In this document: piece by piece, positions 8,530 to 17,392 of the stretch
Numbering within the stretch: the stretch's first letter is position 1
How the letters are laid out: each line of letters starts with the position of its first letter
Origin: Candidatus Woesearchaeota archaeon
GTDB lineage: Archaea; Nanobdellota; Nanobdellia; Woesearchaeales; SKGA01
Reading direction: 5' to 3'
Assembly (NCBI GenBank): GCA_046543005.1
Contig: JBKHAG010000002.1
Span: forward strand, 551 to 64,550
Length of the DNA stretch: 64,000 nt
The notes under the pieces: generated by a model
What the model was told of the DNA's origin: nothing
The model's input: the letters and a program-made list of their open reading frames with translations, nothing else
Database searches by the model: none
Translations under genes and position numbers: made by a program

Positions 8530-9663
8530 TTACTTTGAATGACGATCCGGAATGTTTATTGTTATAGTTCCTTGCTTTTCATTTATTGTGCTTACATAAT
8601 CTAAAGCCAAAAGTTCTTTTTTAAGTGCTGACCAATCTTGAATCTTTCTTTTTTTTGCAATAGTATCAAGCAATAGTTGTATTTGTTGGTAGTGTAAATA
8701 TAATAGTTCCCCTTTTTCTTGATTTTCTTGAGAAGATTTTGTTATAGTGCGTAATTGTTTTTCTTGTTTTTTTATAATGGTGTCAATTTTTGAAGTTGAT
8801 TTTTTTGCTTGTTGACGAGTTTTTTCTTGAGATTTTTTTACATTTTGTAAAACTACTTTTGCTAATGCCTGTGAAAACGTATCAACGAATTCATATGTTT
8901 GATCAGCTTGAGATTCTAAAATAAAAGGAAGAGCTGTTGTTTGATTTTGAATACAAGGATTATAACAATCAAATAGGCCTTGTAAAACGTCAAATAGTTT
9001 TTCGATGTCTTGTTGAGAAGAATCTTGCAACGATTTTTTTTGATCAAATTGTGAGCGAACAAGGACTTCTTGAGCAAATAATCCTCCTAGACCACAATCA
9101 ACTGCTAAAAAAGTCACTAAAGTATCTTTTGAAGAATTTTTTTGAAGACGATAAAACTCTTCTTTTGAAAGTGTTGGAATAACAGGTAAAGACAGTTGTG
9201 GAGTGTATTTTTGCTTATGAAGGAGCTTTGTTTTTTCGTTATAAATTTTTTGATGAAAAACACTAAGAATACTATTTTGCTCATCTACATAAATAATATT
9301 TCCTGTTGAGTATAATTCTATATATAGTATTCCTTTGCCTTGTTTTGTAGATAGGTGTAAGGCAATTGTTCTTTCAAAACCTATTTGTTGGATTTTTGTA
9401 ATAAAGGCGCCTTGAATTTTTCTTCGCAAGGACTGACAAAAACTTGGAGGAGTTTGAGGAAATTCAGGTTTAAAATCAGCAAGACAAATTTGTCCAGGTA
9501 AAGAAAGAAAAAGATGTTGTTTTTTTTTTAAAGGAACATGAAACGTGAATAAAAAATCAGGCGATTCTTTTTGTTGAAAGATTTTATCTATTTTTCCACC
9601 TTCTAAAACCAATAGTTCTTTGACAAAAAAAGAAAGTTCTAAAGAGGAAATTGTTGTATTCAT
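8530..9663 (-). CDS. NFACT-N domain protein (short RqcH/Tae2/FbpA-like ribosome quality-control homolog)
   Basis: N-terminus ISSLELSFFVKELL...GGKIDKIFQ matches the NFACT-N start. A lysine-rich coiled coil follows. Start taken at the internal Met, codon 18 of the track ORF. Confidence 0.55.
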   Translation of the reverse strand: MNTTISSLELSFFVKELLVLEGGKIDKIFQQKESPDFLFTFHVPLKKKQHLFLSLPGQICLADFKPEFPQTPPSFCQSLRRKIQGAFITKIQQIGFERTIALHLSTKQGKGILYIELYSTGNIIYVDEQNSILSVFHQKIYNEKTKLLHKQKYTPQLSLPVIPTLSKEEFYRLQKNSSKDTLVTFLAVDCGLGGLFAQEVLVRSQFDQKKSLQDSSQQDIEKLFDVLQGLFDCYNPCIQNQTTALPFILESQADQTYEFVDTFSQALAKVVLQNVKKSQEKTRQQAKKSTSKIDTIIKKQEKQLRTITKSSQENQEKGELLYLHYQQIQLLLDTIAKKRKIQDWSALKKELLALDYVSTINEKQGTITINIPDRHSK

Positions 9664-9849
9664 AACGATAAAGAAGAAGAGATTGTTTAAATAAGTACCG
9701 GAGAAAAAATACATTAATATTTTCTAATATATATTTTATATAATATACATCCTCAATCAAAGAAATATTTATATACTGAGCATCCAACCTTGTTATTAAA
9801 ACACAACAACTAAGGCAGTAACTAAGAGGTTGTGTGAGAAGGGTGTAGA

Positions 9850-10413
9850 GTGGCAATAACAACTAAATTTGGGGATAAAGGAAAGACCATGATTTTATTT
9901 GGTCATGTCGTTGATAAAACACACCCTATTTTAGATGTTGTTGGAACCATTGATGAACTCAGCGCAAATATAGGCATTGCTCGCGCAAGTGTTGTTGCTC
10001 CAGGTCTTAAACAAGAACTTCTTAACATACAAAAAAAATTATTTATTATAGGTGCAGAAGTAGCGACCCGAGAAGAAGATTTTTCCAAACTTAAACAAAC
10101 AATTCAAGCTCAAACAATTCAAGAAATTGAAGAAGAAATTGAAAAATTAGAAGAGTATAACAACATCGATAATTGGTCCATACCAGGAGAAAATCTTAGT
10201 TCTGCATTTATTGAAAAATCTCGAACTGTTGCTAGAAGACTTGAACGACGAATTATTCAACAACAACATCACAATGAACAAACTCGATTATATCTTAATC
10301 GCCTTTCAGATTATTTATGGCTTTTAGCTCAAAAAGAAGAATATTATCTTCGAGGCGTAGAAAAACAAAGCACTGAGCCAGTAAGTAATCAAAAACAACA
10401 AACAATATTCTAA
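9850..10413 (+). CDS. PduO-type ATP:cob(I)alamin adenosyltransferase
   Basis: TKFGDKGKT...GTIDELSANIGIARA matches the PduO/MMAB signature (TGDxGxT ... DELNs.iG). Confidence 0.8.
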   Translation: MAITTKFGDKGKTMILFGHVVDKTHPILDVVGTIDELSANIGIARASVVAPGLKQELLNIQKKLFIIGAEVATREEDFSKLKQTIQAQTIQEIEEEIEKLEEYNNIDNWSIPGENLSSAFIEKSRTVARRLERRIIQQQHHNEQTRLYLNRLSDYLWLLAQKEEYYLRGVEKQSTEPVSNQKQQTIF

Positions 10414-10451
10414 ATACCTACGCCCCCACATTAGTAGTATCGCGTGCAATA

Positions 10452-10784
10452 ATGAAAAGAAAATATTCAAAAGCATGGGTTGAAAGTATTATTGAACTTA
10501 TCATACTCGTTTTTCTCATACCTTTACTTTTTAGTGTTGCGTGGTTTGTTGGAGTAATGTATACAATTGCAATTCTTGGAGCAGTCGTTTCAGGAATTTT
10601 ATTTAAAAAAAAAGGAATAGCTCTTCTTATTATTATTGGAACTGTTCTTTCTTATTGCGTAACATTATTATTTCCTACTGCTAAAGATGCGTATACAACA
10701 GGAGATTATATTAGTTTTGGAGTTATAGCATTACTTGCACTAAGCATTTGGTTTATTGCGTGGAAAATAAAACAAGGAAAATAA
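10452..10784 (+). CDS. Small membrane protein with three TM segments (hypothetical)
   Basis: Three hydrophobic helices. Lies between the adenosyltransferase and the RNR genes. Confidence 0.4.
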   Translation: MKRKYSKAWVESIIELIILVFLIPLLFSVAWFVGVMYTIAILGAVVSGILFKKKGIALLIIIGTVLSYCVTLLFPTAKDAYTTGDYISFGVIALLALSIWFIAWKIKQGK

Positions 10785-10892
10785 TAAGGCAAACCCATAA
10801 AAACAATAAATTATTATTAGTAAGAAAAATAGAGCAAAAACAAAAGAAAAAAAGTTATTTTAAGTCACAATCACGTTACAATCATGAATTGA

Positions 10893-10966
10893 CTGAGTTG
10901 TTCATTTCATATCACAACCGTAGTCAAAAACACTTGGTTCTTCGTTGGTTGCTTATTTCATATCAC
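10893..10966. repeat. Direct repeat of a 17-bp unit (atttcatatcacaaccg), copies 54 bp apart; the second copy is the 3' end of nrdJ
   Basis: Seen in sequence. Both copies read GCDMK-stop on the minus strand. Confidence 0.7.
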
Positions 10967-13295
10967 AACCGCCTTTAAACCCACAACCTGCAGAACACTC
11001 TGTACAACCGCCAAGTTTGACCATTTTCCCTTTTTTGCATACCGGACAAGTATTACCAATTTCGGAACCACACACAACATCTTGTGTATGTGTTGTTGTA
11101 TCTGCTGGTTTTTTGAGTACTTCTTGAGAAGACTCTTCTTTAATATCGTTTTTAGAATCTTCAACACTAGAGGGAACTGCTTGACCAGATCCTTTATCTT
11201 CAAGATTTTTTTCACCTGTGTTTTTATCAGTTGATAAAATTTGTTCATCTCTGGAGCCATCTCTATAAATAGTCATTCCTTTACAACCTAAGTCATAAGC
11301 AAGTTCATAGAGTTGCATAGTGTCATCAACAGTAAAGTTTGCAGGAACATTTGCAGTTTTTGAAATTGAAGAATCTGTCCATTTTTGAATTGCTGCTTGT
11401 ACTTGTACATGTTGTTGAGGACCTAAATCCATTGCACCAACAAAAAAGTCTTGCAAAGAACCATCTTCTTTTTTTACATAATCTTTTACGATATCAATAT
11501 CCACTTCGTGAAAGCCTAATCTACTTTGTTGAAAATATTTAAACGCGAAAAATGGCTCGATGCCAGTAGATGTTCCAAGCATAGAACCAACAGTTCCTGT
11601 GGGTGCTTGAGTTGTTAAAGATACATTTCGCATTCCTTTTTCTTTTATTTTTTCTTGCACGTGTTGAGGAAGTCGTTGCACGAATTGACTTTTTAAAAAT
11701 TTCTCGCCATCATAATAAGGAAAAGATCCTTTTTCTTCTGCTAAATCAGCAGACATAGAATACGCCTCGCTCGTTATTGTTTTATAGAGTTTATCCATGA
11801 ATTCTAAACTTTCTTGGCTTCCAAAAGGAATACGCATTCGAAGAAGAACTTCTGCAAGTCCTAAAGTTCCACAACCTACTCGTCGTTCACTTTTTTGATT
11901 TTTTTCATTTTCCTCAAAAATATAAGGTGTTAAATCAATAACATCGTCTAAAAATCGTACAAGAAGTTGAGCAGATTGTTTGAGTTCTTCCCAATCAAAA
12001 TCATAAATAGGACCTATATTATCTTCTCCCGTTTTATAGAGAAAATTATTAAGAGCAAGATGACCTAAGTTACAAACGCCCCAAGGCGGAAGTCCTTGTT
12101 CCCCGCAAGGATTGGTGCAAACAATGTCATTATAATAATAGGAATTGCTTTGATCATTGTAGCGTCCAGAAAAAATTATTCCAGGCTCTGCGCTTTTCCA
12201 TGCACTACCAATAAGTTCATGCCATAATTTTCGTGCTTTAATAGTTTTATAAACTTTAGTTTTTCTACCATTTTTTTTCCATCGCCAAAGATTTCCATCC
12301 CAATACTCATCATATAATTTTTTAGTTTCAGGATCTTCAATATCAGGATATTCTAAAGACCAATCACTACCTGTTTTTACTGCTTCCATAAATTGATTAG
12401 AAACAAAAACAGAGATGTTTGCATTATCTAAAAAACCTATTTTGTGTTTGGAAGCGATAAATTCTTCTATATCAGGATGCCAGTCTGCAAGAGCAAGCAT
12501 AAGAGCTCCTCTTCGAGAACCACCTTGTTCGATTAGACCTGTTGCGTTTGAATATAAATTTCCCCAAGACACTGCTCCTGAAGATTTTCCATTAACGCCT
12601 TTTACCCGGGCATATCGTGGTCGTAGCGAACTTAGATTTATTCCTACGCCGCCGCCTCGACTCATAATTTCAACAAGTTCAAATAAAGTATCTTGAACAA
12701 TTGAACGCCGAGAATCTTTTGGTGAAGGGATAACAAAACAATTATATAAGGTTAAGTTTGATGTATAATTTCCTTTTTCGTCAACATTTGCTCCAGCCAT
12801 AATTCTTCCTGCTGGTTGAATGTAGCCTTTAAGAAGAGCTTGAGTAAATTTTTGTGCGTATTCATCTTTTTTTATACCTTCAACACTTGCTACTGCTCGA
12901 GCTACTCGACAATAAGCATCATAAATACTTTCTTCAGGTTTATCACATTTTAAAATATCAATTGCTTGCGTGTCATCTTTAAACGCGCCTGTTATAAAAT
13001 ATACTTGAACAATATTTCCTTGTTGTTTTGTAATAATTCCTAAATCTTTTTTTGGATATTTTGGGTGATCTTTTGAAATGGCAACGACTACATCTCCGAT
13101 GCCAATTTTATTTGCAATTGTTTTTTTTGCATAACGATCTAAAAAAATGATCAAACCCATTTCTTTAAGATGAGTAGAATTGTTAAGAATGTTTTTTGCT
13201 TGTTGACTTAAAGGTATTTTTTTTTGTTGTAATTCTTCAACGATTTTAACATCAAGAGTATTTTTTTGAAGAATTTTAGTTTTCATTTCTTGCAT
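10953..13295 (-). CDS. nrdJ: Class II (adenosylcobalamin-dependent) ribonucleotide reductase
   Basis: SRGGGVGINLSSLRPRYARV, active-site NPCGEQ...CNLG, TIYRDGSRDEQIL, and a C-terminal zinc-ribbon/redox tail CPVCKK...CTECSAGCGFKGGCDMK. Confidence 0.9.
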   Translation of the reverse strand: MQEMKTKILQKNTLDVKIVEELQQKKIPLSQQAKNILNNSTHLKEMGLIIFLDRYAKKTIANKIGIGDVVVAISKDHPKYPKKDLGIITKQQGNIVQVYFITGAFKDDTQAIDILKCDKPEESIYDAYCRVARAVASVEGIKKDEYAQKFTQALLKGYIQPAGRIMAGANVDEKGNYTSNLTLYNCFVIPSPKDSRRSIVQDTLFELVEIMSRGGGVGINLSSLRPRYARVKGVNGKSSGAVSWGNLYSNATGLIEQGGSRRGALMLALADWHPDIEEFIASKHKIGFLDNANISVFVSNQFMEAVKTGSDWSLEYPDIEDPETKKLYDEYWDGNLWRWKKNGRKTKVYKTIKARKLWHELIGSAWKSAEPGIIFSGRYNDQSNSYYYNDIVCTNPCGEQGLPPWGVCNLGHLALNNFLYKTGEDNIGPIYDFDWEELKQSAQLLVRFLDDVIDLTPYIFEENEKNQKSERRVGCGTLGLAEVLLRMRIPFGSQESLEFMDKLYKTITSEAYSMSADLAEEKGSFPYYDGEKFLKSQFVQRLPQHVQEKIKEKGMRNVSLTTQAPTGTVGSMLGTSTGIEPFFAFKYFQQSRLGFHEVDIDIVKDYVKKEDGSLQDFFVGAMDLGPQQHVQVQAAIQKWTDSSISKTANVPANFTVDDTMQLYELAYDLGCKGMTIYRDGSRDEQILSTDKNTGEKNLEDKGSGQAVPSSVEDSKNDIKEESSQEVLKKPADTTTHTQDVVCGSEIGNTCPVCKKGKMVKLGGCTECSAGCGFKGGCDMK

Positions 13296-13490
13296 GGTTT
13301 ACACCTCAATAACAGAACAAGTTGTCTCTATAAAACACCATATATAGTGTTTATTTACATGTCTGCACACTACATGTAGTTTGATGATGAAGCTATATAA
13401 ATATAACGATACTATTTCATAAGCGATGAAAAATAGCTTTTTAAAAATACACATCAGAAAATATGTTTTACACACTCTTTAGCAAAAAAA

Positions 13491-15383
13491 TTATAATTCA
13501 TCTAAAAGTAATTCTCCTACAACATCATCAACAACTTCTTGAACGGACTCTTCAACTGCGTCATCTTCAAAAGCCCATAGTTTGGTTTGTTTTTTAGTCA
13601 TTAACGCTTGAGAATCTCTACAACCGTCTCTATATACAGTAATACCTTTACATCCTAATTTGTGAGCCATTTTCATAATTTTTGCGATGTCGTCTTGAGA
13701 ATAAGAATGAGGTAAATTAATAGTTTTGGAAATAGAATTATCAATATATTGTTGAAAGACAGCCATGACTTTAAGGTGCTCTACAGGAGAAACATCCATT
13801 GCTGTACGATACACTGATTTAAAATCATCATCTAACCAAGAAATATTTTGAACAGTATCAACAAACTGAAGTTGAATTTTAGCAGTTCTATCAATAGGCA
13901 AGCCATCAACTGCTTGTTTAAAATAAGGATTAACAATCGAATATTCTTTACCTTGTGAAGTTGTTGTGGTATAGGAAAATGCATACACGGGTTCAATGGA
14001 CTGAGAGGATTGGGCAAGTAAGCTTGTTGAACCTGTTGGTGCAATAGAAGTCATTGTTGCGTGACGCATAGGTCTATCCCACGTACAACGTTCAAACTCA
14101 GGAAAACTACCTCGTTGCTTAGCAAGATCGTGTGAAGCGCTATGTGCTTCCTCTTTAATAATAGACATCCACTCTTTGATAATCTGAAGCGACTGTTTGC
14201 TGCCATAAGATACCCCTAAAGCAAACAATACATCTGCAAACCCCATTACACCAAGACCTATCTTTCGAACTTTAAGAGAAGCAGATTTTATTTTGTCATG
14301 AGCATATACGTGCATGTCTAAAGAATTATCTAAAAAACGTACAGCAACACGAACGGCATATCGTAAAGCGTCAGCATCCAATACGAGACCATTTGTTTTT
14401 TTTGCAGACTCATCTTTTTTTAAAAATTTTGAGAGTACAAGGTGGGTGTAAGGGACACCTTCAAAAGATTCCAACTCGTATTGTCCACACGATCCAGTGC
14501 ATAAAACTTTTTTATCTTTAAAGGGATATGTTTTATTCATCAAATCAATAAAAACAATACCTGGATCGCCTGTCTTCCAAGCTTGTTCAACGATTTCATC
14601 AAATAAAGCTCGAGCTTTAATAGTTTTTACAACTTCATTGTTTCTAGGATTACGAAGCGAAAAATCACCGTCTGATTCTACTGCTTTCATAAAGTCATCA
14701 GATACTGCAACCGATAAATTAAAATTTTGTAATTTAGAAATATCTTGTTTTACACGAATAAATTCTAAAATATCAGGGTGAGAAATGTTTAAAATAGCCA
14801 TGTTAGCCCCTGCTCGTCGTCCACCTTGCAAGATTGCACTAAATGAAGTATCAAAAATATGCATCACACTAACAGGACCAAAAGCAACATTTTTCATACC
14901 TTTAACATCATCTTTTCGAGGACGAATTTTAGAAAAATTAAAACCTAAACCACCACCTTTTTGTTGAACAGAAGCAGCGATTTTTAAAATTTCAAAAATA
15001 GTATCTAAACTATCAGGAACATCAAGAGCGTGATCAGAAAATAAAGATTGAAACGTATTACCAGCATTCATTAAAATGGGAGAAGCAGGCATAAAATATC
15101 CACTCGCTAAATGATGAAAAAATGTAAGTGTCCATTTGTCAACATCAGAAGAATAGTTTTTTTCTGCTTGTGCGATATTTTTTGCAACCCTGTAAAATAA
15201 TTCTAAAGGCGATTCAATAATATTTCCTTGATCGTCTCGTTTTAAATATCTTTGTTTGAAAAAATCTTTAACGACAGGACTCATATCTAATTGTTTTTCA
15301 TATGAAGAGATATCACTTTTTGAAAGCAATGACATAGGCGCGGTAGAATCCTTCTCTGACATAAAAAATACAAAGTACTTCAA
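13491..15383 (-). CDS. Class II ribonucleotide reductase paralog, divergent and lacking the C-terminal Cys-rich tail
   Basis: QKGGGLGFNFSKIRPRKDDV and TVYRDGCRDSQAL are conserved. The NPCGE position reads GSCGQYE. The protein ends in an acidic tail with no CxxC pair. Confidence 0.75.
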   Translation of the reverse strand: MKYFVFFMSEKDSTAPMSLLSKSDISSYEKQLDMSPVVKDFFKQRYLKRDDQGNIIESPLELFYRVAKNIAQAEKNYSSDVDKWTLTFFHHLASGYFMPASPILMNAGNTFQSLFSDHALDVPDSLDTIFEILKIAASVQQKGGGLGFNFSKIRPRKDDVKGMKNVAFGPVSVMHIFDTSFSAILQGGRRAGANMAILNISHPDILEFIRVKQDISKLQNFNLSVAVSDDFMKAVESDGDFSLRNPRNNEVVKTIKARALFDEIVEQAWKTGDPGIVFIDLMNKTYPFKDKKVLCTGSCGQYELESFEGVPYTHLVLSKFLKKDESAKKTNGLVLDADALRYAVRVAVRFLDNSLDMHVYAHDKIKSASLKVRKIGLGVMGFADVLFALGVSYGSKQSLQIIKEWMSIIKEEAHSASHDLAKQRGSFPEFERCTWDRPMRHATMTSIAPTGSTSLLAQSSQSIEPVYAFSYTTTTSQGKEYSIVNPYFKQAVDGLPIDRTAKIQLQFVDTVQNISWLDDDFKSVYRTAMDVSPVEHLKVMAVFQQYIDNSISKTINLPHSYSQDDIAKIMKMAHKLGCKGITVYRDGCRDSQALMTKKQTKLWAFEDDAVEESVQEVVDDVVGELLLDEL

Positions 15384-15405
15384 GTATAAAAAACTACCGA
15401 AGTAA

Positions 15406-15567
15406 GCCTTGTTTAAAATATTGTAAATTTGTATACTGCGCGTTATTTTGATTATTATTATCGCTTTTGGACAAATAACGAGCAGGCGCTAAACAGCTAA
15501 GCACATAGCCAGATTACTGTTTGTGTTGTAATTGACAGGACACATAAAAACTCCTTTTTGAACAATG
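15406..15567 (-). repeat. MITE-like repeat, copy A; inverted relative to copy B, with an internal short (ATT/ATA)n tract
   Basis: About 160 bp, near-identical to the reverse complement of 21605..21791. Termini are CCTTGTTYAAA ... TTTAAACAAGG (imperfect TIR). Confidence 0.7.
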
Positions 15568-15788
15568 TCCCAAAGTAAAAATATTTAAAAAACAGCTTCT
15601 TCTTTAAAAAGAATATTTTTTATAGTATAGCTTCAATGACTTTTTTGCAAGAGTAGTAATGTTGCAACGCCACACTTGTAAAAATCAGCAAATGCATGTG
15701 CCCCATAAAAGCGACAATATACTTTTGTATACCTTTAGGATGCAAGCAAAAGAACAAAACATTTAAAGAAACAAACACAAACAACTAT

Positions 15789-17369
15789 ATGAAAAATATA
15801 TATCAACCTGTTCGCTTTTTTTTAAATTATCAAAAAAGTAAACGATATCCTTATCGCGTCCAAAAAAAAATACTTCGTTATATTCTTAATGAGCAAAAAA
15901 ACACTGCTTATGGAAAAGCACATTCTTTTTCATCTATTTCTTCGGTTAAAGAATTTCAAAAAAAGGTTCCAATAACAAATTATGAAGATATAAAACCATA
16001 CATTCAAAAAATAAAACAAGGAGAACAAAACATTTTAACAAAGAAAAAAGTTATCTTTTTTGCAACTTCAAGTGGGACAACTAGTGCATCAAAATATATT
16101 CCTGTAACTAGCGATCGTATGAAAATATTTACCAACGAATTTCAATTATGGTCTACTCGAGTTTTAAAAAAAGAACAAATAAAAGTTCTTGGAGGTAAGA
16201 CGCTTTACTTTGCAACAGCAAGTAATCTTGGAACAACAAAAGCAAACATTCAATTTGGAAATATTACAGGATATATGGTGCAAAAGCTACCTGCAATGCT
16301 TAAAAGAAAATTAGTTTTACCTGCTCATGTATACAACATAAAAAATGTTAAACAAAGAACTGAAAAAATTGCGCTAGTATCATTACAAGAAGATGTTAGA
16401 CAACTGGGTTTTTTTGCACCAATAGAGACAATTCTTTTTTTAGAATATATATATAAAAATAAAAAAAAACTTATAGCTAAAATAAAAAAAACAAATCCTA
16501 AAAGAGCAAAAGAATTAGAAGAACTCCCTGAATTTAAAGCAAAATATTTCTGGCCCAAACTATCTCTTATTAGTTGTGTAAAAACGCCCAGCACAATATT
16601 TTATCTTGACCAATTATTTGAACTCATAGGTAAAAAAATTCCTACTCGCGATCCAGGTATTTATGCAAGCGAAGGACGAATTAGTTTAGGAATTGTTAAT
16701 AACTCGAGAAATGGAATTATTGTTGCAAACACCTCATTTTTTGAGTTTTGTGAATGTACAAAAAATGCCACGTTTAAAGATCCTGTTTGCATACATAAAA
16801 TAAAAAAAGGAAAAAAATACAAAGTTCTTATAACCACAACAGAAGGGCTATATCGCCACGATATTGGAGATATCGTTGAAGTAAGAGGATTTAAAAAAAA
16901 GCTACCAATAATTCGTTATGCAGACAGGGATAATTATATCAATGTTGCAGGAGAAAACATGTCTGAAATTAACCTTGTAACTTGTGTCAAAGAAGAATTA
17001 CAAAAACAAAATATAAAATCTAAACACTTTACAGTTTGTCCATGCATAAGCTCGCCAAAAAATAAACCTTGTTATGAGGCATTATTAGAATTAGATATGA
17101 CTATTAGTGATAAAAAGCTTTCACGGTTTGCTAAAGAACTTGAAAAAAACCTTCAAGAAAAAGTTCTCACCTATAAAAAGGCACGAAATGAATTTGGAAG
17201 GCTTGAAGCATTGCAGGCAAGTATTGTTAAAACACAAAGTTATGCAAAACACACTACAAAAAAGCAACAAAAGCAAAAAGGACAAATTAAACCAATTCTA
17301 GTAAGTAAAGATCCTACATTTAGAGAACAATTCGACATTATTAAAAGTGTAACAGCAACAAAAAAATAA
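15789..17369 (+). CDS. GH3-family acyl-acid amido synthetase-like adenylating enzyme
   Basis: VPITNYEDIKPYIQKI..GE.NILT...VIFFATSSGTTSASKYIP matches the GH3 N-terminal signature. Start taken at the internal Met (MKNIYQP). Confidence 0.65.
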   Translation: MKNIYQPVRFFLNYQKSKRYPYRVQKKILRYILNEQKNTAYGKAHSFSSISSVKEFQKKVPITNYEDIKPYIQKIKQGEQNILTKKKVIFFATSSGTTSASKYIPVTSDRMKIFTNEFQLWSTRVLKKEQIKVLGGKTLYFATASNLGTTKANIQFGNITGYMVQKLPAMLKRKLVLPAHVYNIKNVKQRTEKIALVSLQEDVRQLGFFAPIETILFLEYIYKNKKKLIAKIKKTNPKRAKELEELPEFKAKYFWPKLSLISCVKTPSTIFYLDQLFELIGKKIPTRDPGIYASEGRISLGIVNNSRNGIIVANTSFFEFCECTKNATFKDPVCIHKIKKGKKYKVLITTTEGLYRHDIGDIVEVRGFKKKLPIIRYADRDNYINVAGENMSEINLVTCVKEELQKQNIKSKHFTVCPCISSPKNKPCYEALLELDMTISDKKLSRFAKELEKNLQEKVLTYKKARNEFGRLEALQASIVKTQSYAKHTTKKQQKQKGQIKPILVSKDPTFREQFDIIKSVTATKK

Positions 17370-17392
17370 GCATAATAAATCATAAAAACATT

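Noticed and set aside
10893-10966. Possibility that the 17-bp direct repeats near nrdJ are a CRISPR fragment.
   Set aside because: Only two copies, no cas genes, and the repeat is part of coding sequence (the gene 3' end).
13370-13465. C/D-box sRNA-like motifs (ATGATGA ... CGATGA ... CAGA) between the RNR genes.
   Set aside because: The D box is CAGA not CUGA, and the spacing (about 80 nt) is longer than typical archaeal C/D sRNAs. Judged a chance occurrence in AT-rich sequence.
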